DNA of 64,000 bases from Stylophora pistillata (taxonomy: Eukaryota): positions 700,856 through 764,855 of the forward strand of contig NW_019217860.1 of NCBI RefSeq assembly GCF_002571385.2, in the 5' to 3' direction. The notes below the pieces were generated by a model, which did no database searches, had not been told where the DNA came from, and was given only the letters and a program-made list of their open reading frames with translations. Below, piece after piece: positions 12,208 to 23,000 of this stretch. Each line of letters opens with the position of its first letter. Position 1 is the first letter of the stretch. The position numbers were made by a program, and so were the translations under genes.

Positions 12208-13174
12208 GATTGACGCCGGGCTATAAGTGAATTAAATAATGCGTTCCTAAGAAACCTTATGATAGCCTATATGTATATATAAACTTTTGTTTATTAAGAT
12301 CAGCTCTTGATGCTTGTCTACATCGTTGAAGATCTAGTTTGCTAAATTCTTGATATATATATGTATACGCCCGGTCAGATAGCTAAGAACATGTCACCAA
12401 CAGAAGTCACAGAAATAAGAAGGAATATCACTAAAAATTAGCGCCATCACAAGATTTATCAAGGTAAACAGGCATTTCATGACAGCGCCCTTCTTGGTTT
12501 TATATCAACACTGAAATTACTCGCTAAAAAGAACTTTGGTTGCAATAAGACATTGACTGAGTTGAATACTTTGGAAAACGAAGTAATTTTCGAAACCGAC
12601 AGCAGCTGTCGACATGACGTTTATTTTGATTTATACCTTAAGGTTTTCTTTCTATTCAAACAGAATCCATTTGAAAACAAAGCGTATAATCTCGTCGGTA
12701 ATCTTTAGTTTTCTCCTTTTTTTCTTTTGACAAAAGACTGTGTGTATGGTCTGAAAAACGAGCTATATGGCAGTCTTGCCCAAAGCTCTGACGATGAAAT
12801 TTTATCCCTTCCGCCTTAGTTCGCTTTCTCAAGAGCATGCAGGAAGTACTCTTGATTTTAACCTTGAAAGATTGACCTTTCAAGCAAAAACCGTCACTCA
12901 CAAACCTCCAAAGTGAAGCAACTTTAGAATCTTCCTTTGCTTTTTATATCCTTTCCATTAATTGCTCTATCACCCTGCAAATTAACCAAGTAAAAACAGA
13001 ACATTCGTCTGGAAGGCGTTGTCGATCTCTGCCATCCTAAATGTTGATATTTGACTATTACCAGTCTTGTACCCAAGCCTTTCACGGCCAAGTGGTTGTA
13101 AGCCCACCGTCATACGACCTTACACGGTAGGATCTGGGTTACGGGATTAGACTGTTGCACTAGCTACATACTTA

Positions 13175-14356
13175 AGAAATGAAATTTTCTGGTAGAAAAA
13201 TAGAACATGAAAAAGTCGTTAATATAGCAAATGCAGAATGAAGAGAATAGTTTAGAAGAGAGAGGAGGTGAGATCTTTGTTCCTTGGTGACGGTTCTGCA
13301 AGATGGATATCAATTAGCTCTCTATCAAACGAAGACAAGCGTACTGTAAATGAGACCAGTGGAAAACGGTGGATGTCGTTAATAGAGTGACCGGAAGGGA
13401 GATGTTTACAGAACTTCCGCTGATGATGACTAAAACGCGGCGCTTTCAATCAGACTAAAGCAATTAATTGGAATGAGTCATTGATTTCAATCGAAAAAAG
13501 AAAGCTGTTTGTAAGAAAAGCTCGAGGGAGACAGTGGTAACGCACTTCTTTCTTTGTTCACATGATAGTCCGTGCTGTCTGTTGTCATGTCATAAAGGTC
13601 ACGTGTCTCTTTAAGTTGAAACTGTTGCGGAACATAATCAAGGAATGATGTTTGAACAAAATCAAATGCCAATGCCAATTCCATGCGAAACCCAGCGTTG
13701 GCATAGACCCTTGTCTTACTCTTCCGTAAAATTTTATATGGAAAAAAGCATAGATAATGCAGAGCCAGGTGTTTATTTCTTGACTTAGCACAGTGGATAA
13801 ACGAGCAAAGAAGAACTCTTTGCAGAAAAAAGCTACGCGCAGTTAAACAAATCAGAGCCTCCCAACAGAAGCTCTAGTGTAATTACATTTCAAAAAAAGA
13901 AACGGTCAGTAAGATTTCGAAGTGGTTTTTTCTTCTTCGTTTTCTTATAAATGAAAGAAAGGACGCTGTGTTTTCTGAGGTTTATAAAACCTTAATTTAT
14001 CACTGCATAAAGGCCTAATTTGCACATAAAGTTGTAACTCTATACGATAGAGCGATTTCATTAAAATATTGTTAGCACGAAAGATAATCAATTCCTTCGC
14101 GCATTTCCAAAATACCATTCTAAAGGTTAAGTTTAATCCTATTTTGAAATAATCTCGACTTGCTTTGTTCTGTATAACGCGACATTATCCACAACAGTTC
14201 TTTAGCGATGGCTATTGAACATTGTAGAGTCGACTGATAACTAAAACAAGAGTTGTTGAATCATTACAACGTACTACGTAATACAAGAAAAAGTGATACA
14301 TTTCTCTTTTCTGCATTTGTTCTCGTCTTGCTGCTCCTCACTTGAAAAAGAGGTTC
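13175..14356. repeat. Duplicated 3' flank of TPR-CHAT genes, copy C
   Basis: Collinear with copies A and B. Confidence 0.85.
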
Positions 14357-16967
14357 TTACACATCCAGATTGACGTCGTCTCCAATCAGAACAAATGGTG
14401 CCCATTCCCTCACAGTGTACCTCGCCGTCTTAGATTCTCTCATCCACTTCATGGTCTGGTGAAGAGCTTCACTGGCACTCATTTTATCATACTTCAGATG
14501 TCCGTAGAAACGAATCATGAACTCCTTTGTGGCTTTGTCATCTACGGCCCACAAGGAAACCAGCACTGAACGAGCTCCGGAGGCAATAAAAGCTCGAGCG
14601 ATCCCCATAACTCCCTCGGCTTGCATGATCTTTCCTTTAGCACTGTGACAACAGCTGAGTACAACCAGCTTGGCCCGGATTCGGACACTGGCAATATCTC
14701 CCATGGTCAGCATGTAATCCTCCTTCGCTGGGATTTGAGGGGAGGATGGGTTGGGTGCACAAGCGATCTCTCCTCTTTCTGCATCACCATGGGCGGCGAT
14801 GTGTATCAGACACACAACAGGTATTCGTCGCAGCACCTCTTCCTTCGTGGCTTGCTCACCCAACAAAGGCTCCACCTCCAGAAGATTAGCGATTTCTCTA
14901 GCCTCCTGCCTTGCTGCTTTCAATTGCCATAATGGTGTGACATGGCTGACTTGTGGATCACCAACGATCAGTGCTCCAGTCTGGCTATGATAATTCTCTG
15001 GGGAGTCAAGAATCAGCTTGAGGGTTGACAGCGAAGGAATGATGCGAACTCTGCACGAATCAGACAGGTACTTTCCAGAATCGTCCTGTAATGCGGCAAA
15101 GGGTACCATGGCCATAGATCCCTCGGGAACTAGAACAACCTCCCGGTTTTGAATACGATCAGCAATTGGAGCGATAAGTGTGTAGTAGAGTTGATTTGGT
15201 AAGTTTTGAGCTTCAAGCTCCTCATCGTCTGAGTCTTCAAAGAGACGTTTCTCCCTGATTCTGTCGTGCTGGGTACCGTCGGCAGCAGACTGAATGTCAT
15301 ACAAGGCTAACAACGAACGGTCTTCACTGTTAATGCTTCGACCATAAGAAAGGGACTCGAAATAAGCTTTCCATGGGGTATCTTGATTGGCACTTTTTGG
15401 ATTCCGCATCTCCAGTGAGGCGTCATTTTTCATTATCCAGAACGTAATCCTTTTACCTCTTGGAGTAGCGATGAATACCACAATTTGATTCTGATTCAGA
15501 CTCTTTAGAAGGATGCTGAGGTCATTTTCACTGAGCTCTGCCTTTTCTCGAATAGCATATTTCTCTGCTAACATTTCTGCGAGTAGACGGGCACGGGCTC
15601 TCTCTGCTGTGCACAAAGCCTGGACGGGTTTACCCAGAGCCACCAGCAAAAGGCAATAATGCCTGTACAATTCAAGGTGTTCTACCATGTCCCCGGAAGA
15701 AAGTTTGAACTCATCATTGAAAAGGTCACGTTCGCTTTCATAGCATTTGATACTTTCAGAAATGATGTCACATGCCTGTTCCAATTTTCCGTTTACACTG
15801 AAAAAGGCACCTAGCTGAAAGAGGCTTACGGACCGATCCAAGTTATTTTTGGGCCGATTTTCCGTTAATATTTGCTTTACACATTCGTCAGCTTTATCGT
15901 GTTGACCAAGGAGTAGGTGTATCTTACAGAGTGTAATGTAGATGTCGCCTTTAGAGAGTGTGGTCTGCTCTGTTAATTTGCTTTCTTCACATAGTTCGAG
16001 GGCTTTCTCTATGCTCTTCATGGATTCTTCATATTGTTGAAGTTCCATAAGAAGCTCAGCGATATGATAATAGGCCATAGCTCCTAAGTTTGAGACATGA
16101 AACTCTTCACTGACTCGAATCATTCTCTGGTAATATTCCTTTGCTTTATCGTATTCACCAATATCCTTGTAAGCATGCCCTAAAGCCATTAGTGCTATGG
16201 ATTTAATGAATCCCCCTGCATTCTCTTCGCTAACTTGAAGGGCTTTCTGCAGTCTCTCGAAAGCCTCCTTTGCCTGGCCTGGTGAAAGCAAATTATTTGC
16301 TAGTAGGTTTAAACAATCAACTAGACTCTCTTGATGTTCCTCGGTTTGACGTATCTGCATTGATTTCTCTACAAACTCTACTGCCTGTTCTTTTTGACCG
16401 ACGAAGGAATAGCATGCTCCTAGCTGGAAATAGACTTCTGCTTCTTTCTCGGTATCGCCAGTTTCCTTGGTAATTGCAAGCATTTTCATGAGACATTCAA
16501 TCTTTTGGTCATATCTTTCAAGACGAATAAAACATTTCCAAAATATTCCATAGCACGCTCGGGCTATATATTTGCTGGTATTTTCTTGATTTAAGATAAT
16601 TGCAAGAGCAAGTTCAGCATTTTTTTTTTGATTCTATGTAGTTACCCAAGCATAATTTGCTCTCAGCGAGGGCAAGATATACTAGCATTGTGAACTCGTC
16701 TATTCCTTTCCGTGGTTCTTTCTTTCTTGGGCCAAGCAAAGTTTTTTTTATCTCCTCGGGTATTGCATCTGATAATATATTGAAGGATTTTTGGACTGAT
16801 TTTAACAGAGTCAGCAAATGATCGTAGAATTCTGAGGCTACTTGGCCGCGATGGCTGTTCTCGAAGTAACACATCACTCTTCTATCTGCAGCTTTGCAGA
16901 CATCTACGTTTTCCTTTTTTAACGCTGGGCTCTGCGGAATGAAGATAATGTTGCTGTGATAAGACAC
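14357..16967 (-). CDS. TPR-CHAT copy 3: 710-aa open part plus a frameshifted N-terminal part (16614-16967)
   Basis: TPRs, AERARAR motif and a CHAT domain with AAHG and LSCC. The N-terminal helical segment is homologous to copies 1 and 2 but is disrupted at about 16490-16630. Confidence 0.82.
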
Positions 16968-17123
16968 CTCGGCTACAGGTTAAAAAGTTGACCAATGTTA
17001 AGTCGAAAGTTAGAAATATTTGGAAATTGCAGTAAGTAAAGACATAGTTCAATTAGCTTAGTAACAGCATAGGGAAAAACAGGAACAAAATCAAGAATAC
17101 TTTTCAATATATTGCGCATTCTA

Positions 17124-17486
17124 TTAATCCAAAAATGTAACTTTTTCAAATGATGCTGAGGCGCCAGGCCTCTTATTCAGAGACTTCTTGTGTTTTTTTT
17201 TTTTTTTCAGGGATTTTTTAAGTTTTTCAATCCGACCAACTGATCCAATATCAGAAAACGCATTGGAAGCCAAAGGGAAAAAAGGGGATAGCCTTACCTG
17301 ATCCAATTCCTTCCGTGGCTCATTTTTTTGGTGTAAGGATTCTTCGATGAACTCCAACAGTGTCGTCGACTCTTGGTAGAACTTTCGTGCCGCGTGATGA
17401 TGGTGAGTGTTTACAAGGTAAAGTCCCACCGAGACACTTACGTCCACAGCTTTCAAAACATCTCTCAAGAAATATTCTTTCTCCAT
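17124..17486 (-). pseudogene. N-terminal fragment of a fourth TPR-CHAT gene
   Basis: MEKEYFLRDVLKAVDVSVSVGLYLVNTH...KFYQESTTLLEFIE resembles the N-termini of copies 1 and 2. It decays into poly-A sequence. Confidence 0.65.
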
Positions 17487-17602
17487 GATAAATACTGTGA
17501 CCCGAGCTCTGAGTAAGTAAAACAAGGCCGTATTTTAAAAGACGCTACACCATCGTCCAGACACAGATATGCCTGACTTGTTCTTATTCGTCTCACTAAT
17601 TT

Positions 17603-17714
17603 TTATCTTCAAGAAGAGTACGACATTTTTTAATTTCGAAGACATGTTTCGATGTTCGTAACATCGAAACATGTCTTCGAAATTAAAAAAATGTCGTACT
17701 CTTCTTGAAGATAA
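17603..17714. repeat. Near-perfect inverted repeat (~54-bp arms, 3-nt loop)
   Basis: ttatcttcaagaagagtacgac...gatgtt-cgt-aacatc...gtcgtactcttcttgaagataa, with one 1-nt indel. Confidence 0.9.
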
Positions 17715-18539
17715 CGATTTGCTTTCTGCTGTCTCGATCTCTCTAATTTCTAAAATCAACATGCGAAGCGTGGAGGAAGATGGGCAAGAGAAAAATCTTC
17801 TTCCTTCCCATCTTCCCCTTCGCCGCGGTAGTGCGGGTCTCTCGCGACCCCGAAGACGTAATCGGGTAATGTCACTCCCGACTCCCTTGGGAGTCCGAGG
17901 CTTTGCCGGTCACATGACTTTTGGCTGGAATCGCCATGTGCTCGGGTTTGCGGATGTTTGTTTAGTTTTTTTTATCCATTGAAGAGAGTTTTAAAGAGGG
18001 CGTTATTGTGTCTTTCGTTGGCTTAAGCGAATGGTTCGGTGAGTTAATATTTGTTTTTTTGTCGTTCAGGCAGGTATTTGGAGTTTGGTGCCTTCATTGT
18101 TTGTTATTTTCAGAAAACCTTACTTACTTACTTTCACTGCATTGACCGAGGCCGTGCGGCCAATGTATGAGCTCGAGTTTTCGACGTTCGTTTGAGATAA
18201 ATAAACACAGTACTACGGTACGAACAGGTAAAGATACCATGTGTGAACTCAATATATTTATTTAACACAAAAGTAGCTTTTGTGCTAGGGCATTATGGTG
18301 AGGGAAAATAAGAAAAGTTTTACACCAAACTTCGTTTTCAAAGGGACGGGTTTTCGAAGTTGGGAACACCTTTCAGATGTAGTCGGAGATAACAAGATGA
18401 AGACTTGAAAACATTTCCACCAAACAATCAAAGCACAGGAAGTTGAGTTTGACTGCATTTCAATTCGAATAAAAATGTACAATTGCAGCACATTTGATGA
18501 GCAAGTTGATTTACCTTTGAAACGTGCGATTCGTATATA

Positions 18540-19560
18540 GCCTTATTCACGGCACTAAAACCGCAAACAATACTTACTAAGGGCTTTGCGTTGGTAGAGA
18601 GGGTACTTCATGTTTCGCACGAAATATTTGCTTTCCGAACGTGCCTCGAACGGAAGGGTTTTGCTAGTCGACCATTGCCGCAAACGGGGTTTCGGCAACC
18701 TCGTATAAGACTCTCATGTATCAAAGATCAGTCATCAAAAATCTAGTCACGCTGCGATTGCACGCTTAACTTAAGAAGACAAAGCAGTAAATATTCTTCT
18801 CATCTGCTCCTGTACTCAGGTGAAAACTTTTATGATAATCTAGAAATTTCAGCGATATGTAAATTAAAAGCATAAAAAAACGATCAACAAGAAGGAAAAA
18901 CAAATACAAATGAAAATTCCTACGAGATTCAGGAAGATAATCAGGTATTTTGATATGGTCTCTCCTGAATAGATTTTATATCTACGTAGAAAGTACATCG
19001 TGATAAGAGCAAACGAAATCTTGGAAGCAGCACTGAAATCTTGCCCGAAGCTCACAGAAAGCACTTCTGCTTTCACTAAGTAAGCTTGATTTTACCCTGA
19101 ATCTTACCATTAAAAGCAAAATAGTGACGTACAAACCTTTAGATTGAAGCAAATTTAGAATCTTTCCTTGCCGCCTTTCTCGTACTTGGCTCGTTCACCC
19201 AGCGAGAAAAAAAGCGTAAATCGTAACACTTGTGTCGAAAGTGTTGACGATATGTAGATGCGTGATCGCATGACGTTCACATCATGTACTCACGTGCTCA
19301 ATCAGCTGTGTAAAAAATATGCTCCGTCAACGAAATAGTAAAGAAAAGCCGAAGGCGATTGAATAAATTCTGGAAGAAAATCTGGGAAAAGGCATCGAGA
19401 AAATACCCTCGAAAAGCGAATTGAGCGTAAGGAAGGAATGTTCCTGTTATAAAGCGGAAATAAACGAAATGAAATTTGCAATGTAGTAAAATACAACGAT
19501 AAGTATAGGACTATTGCGGCAAGAAATTACAAATGGGAATGGCAAAGGATAGAGGAGAAT
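18540..19560. repeat. Diverged copy of the array intergenic unit
   Basis: 18580-18680 resembles 5910-6015, 19060-19250 resembles 6900-7100, and 19400-19500 resembles 8335-8430. Confidence 0.7.
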
Positions 19561-20023
19561 TATGCGGATCGCAAATGAAATCTAAAGAAAATCAGGATAC
19601 ATTTTCTAAGATAAAAACATCAACAAAGACTTCCAGTTTAAACTCATATAAAACTATCACAAGTCGCTAAAATTCAGAAAAACATCAATGATTGAACTGA
19701 AATAGCAACGCTTTATTCGTATGTACTTATAAACATTCATTCATCCAAAAATTGATAGAGAAAAATCAGTTACAGCACAACTGCGATACAAAAATAGTTT
19801 AATTCATTTTAAATTATAACTTAGAGTTAATTAGCTGCATTTTATATTTATTCAAAACCTGCTCCAATTTTGTTCCATTAATTTAGCGTGCACAAAGCCA
19901 TCTTTACCGCACTTATCTTTGTTCTCTTTTTCTTTTCTTCTTTCTTTCTTTTTTTTTATCTCTTCCATTTACATTCGTGATCTTTAATTCCTCTCCTCTC
20001 CGTGCGAGTCAGATCTTGTGGCT

Positions 20024-23000
20024 TCACACGGCACCGTTCTCACTTTTCTCCTGATGTTTGTGCTGAGCCAGTGCTGCTAGTCTCTTGTCTCGTAAATTCC
20101 TTCTCTCATTCAGTTGATCTAAAGGAATGCTTTCATTGAACGCCTTTTCAATCTTGTCCAAAGTAGCACCAGCTAATTTCCGCGGTCCTCCTTCTTCTTC
20201 GCACACACGCACAATGTTTTCTCCGTACCTCTCACAGTAATCTCTGATTCCTAATGAATAAACATAAGATCACATATGATGAAAAATGACACGATATGTC
20301 CAACAAGTCACGATTGGTTTTTCTATTTTCTCTGACTGGCTGAGAAAGTTGCGCGACTTTCCTTCACAACCAGTAGACAGTAATGAAGAAATGCTAAGGA
20401 CGTATTTCTTTCGACACACAATTTAAATTTACCACCCATATGACCCGAACAATCCCGCGGGCTTTTGGAAAAGATTATGAGAAAAATATCCTTATGAAGC
20501 CCGTATGCGGGAACACCATATAGGCCGGAAAAAGCCGTGCGGCCTTTTGAGATGCGAGCTGAAAGGATAAAGGAAGAAAGAGAGAAAGTGGCGGTCACGA
20601 GAAAATATTTGGCTCTCGTTCATGAGGTACGGACGAAGCGCATGGCCTCGAGCCAAATATTTTCCCTTCCGGCCTTCCCACTCAGGCAATAGGTACATAT
20701 GTGCGCACGTACGTGCCTAGGTATGTTCGTGCGTATTTGCGTGGGTGCGTATGTGGGGAATTTGGTGGCCTAGAAAAATCAGCAACAAGGAGCTTTGGAG
20801 ACAAACAGGGCGGCGTCCGATAAAGCAAGAGATAAGACAAAGAGCCTGGGGCTGGATCGCCCACACATTGAGGAAACCAGATGGACATGTAGTCAAGAGG
20901 GCACTGGAGTGGAACCCACAGGGGAAACGAAAAAGAGGGAGACCCCAGCACACCTGGCGACGTACAAGAATTGCAGAGTTAGAGAGGAAATATCTCACGT
21001 GGAATGAGGCAAAGGGTACTGCACAAAGTAGGGTTAGGTGGCGCGTTCTAGTTGAGAACCTATGTTCCACTAGGAACGAAGAGGAATAAAGAAGAAGTAG
21101 GTGCGTACGTACGTACGTGCGTGCGTACTTATGGGTGTGTGTACGTGTGCGTTCGTGCTCTTCGCGTACCTCTGCCCGATTCCGCGCACCTCCGCCCGAT
21201 TTTGATCAATCTACGTAAGGACCGATCGGCTTCAAGACATATTTACCCGTCAACTCAGTCAAACAACAGTATTAACCTATATAAAATCTCTGAAAAATTA
21301 AAGAGAAAAAAACACACCATTGGCATTTAGATGCATAGTTTCAAATGGACCAATCAGAGCGTAACGTAGTCCAAGACCATCTGTCACTGCTGTTTCGATA
21401 TCTTCAGGTGTACAAATGCCATCCTCAAAAAAGGAAAAAATAATATATTCTAAACAGCGTCAAACCACCGTGACGGTTTTTTAAAAGCAATCAGTTGGCA
21501 TCAGGCTTTCTCCAGACGAGGTTTGACTTGATAAAATAAATATCCTTCCACTTTTGGGTTTTGGCATTTTTTGATGCTGTTCACAATAATAAATATTCCT
21601 ATAAAAGGTTCAGCTACAGTGAAGAATGTTTAGGACGCGGTTTTGTTGGCTATGACGTTTTTCCAACTAATTACTACTCTACACGCTGCTACCTTAGTAA
21701 AGAAAAACCAATGCAATTTGAGATCACTTCCCATGCTCATTTCATAATTACTCTAACTTGTTGTGAACATACAAAAGTGCTTGGAGGTAACAAAACTGAC
21801 GTAATTTCTACGTTTATGTCACCCTTGAGCCAGTCACACCATTACAAGGGAAAGTCATATCACTAATAGATAAACCCCAAAAATTAACTGAGCCATTTTG
21901 ACCTGCAGTACACCAATCTTTCTTGTGGATTGTGACTACCTTCTTTCATCACTTTTTACCAGACAGTGCTACTTCCAGCTTACCCCCTCCCCCACCGCAA
22001 AACACCCATCACCTACCCATCCCATATGCAAAACTTCCTTATACCTCCACCAATCTCCAAGACTCCATGATAACAGCATACTGCAAACGATTCAAAACAA
22101 ATCCATTCACTTCTTTCTTGGTTACCACAGGTGACTGGCCAATCTGTTTCATTAGAGCGACTGTCTGGTCTGTAACTTTACTGTCTGTCCAAGGAGCAGG
22201 AACAACCTCCACCAGTGGTACATAATATGGAGGGTTTATCTGATAATTGCAAAACCAAAAATAACATCAATTGTAAATCTTGCTAAAAGTAATTGTGCTT
22301 ATGCAGTGCAGTAAGTTATCTCCAACCTCTGAGAGTGATTGCATCTTATTCTCCTTGCAGCATCACTGTTAATTCAAATGTAAACGTCATGAGAATAAGG
22401 AAAATGATCATCCAAAAGAGACGCTCTTGTTGTTAATGGCTCCGTTGTATGGTCACCCTTCACTGCCAGATATATCATGACTTTGGAAAGAGTGCAACGC
22501 TGAGCTACAAAGTTTATTTTATTTTTTGAAGATGGCTATGATGCTTGCAACTCTATGCTTAATCTGCTGTCCTTGGAACACAAATGATTTCTTTTTTGAT
22601 GTGTTATTTTTTTTAAAAAGTTTTGAATGGTTATGTTGACTTTAACATCTCTTCAACAGTTCCGTTTTATTCTGATACTGCTAGGTACTCTATGAGAGAG
22701 AAAGATGGACTTACTTTAAAGGAGAATTATGCCCTTACAAACACTTTTAATTGTGATGAAATTTTGTGGGCCGAGGCCAGGAACGTGTTCGATAATTGAG
22801 TCAGTTTGCTAGACATAACGTCTCGTAGTCACGTTCGACGCACTAAAAACTACTATAAAACGAATACAAGAATTGTAAAAACGTGTAAAATGGTATATAA
22901 AAAGTCACTTGTAAAAATGTAGCGGAATTCCAAATCGATTTCGATCAATTACGATCCTCATCAGTAGTACTCCGCCATGTTTAAAATACTGAGTATTTTA

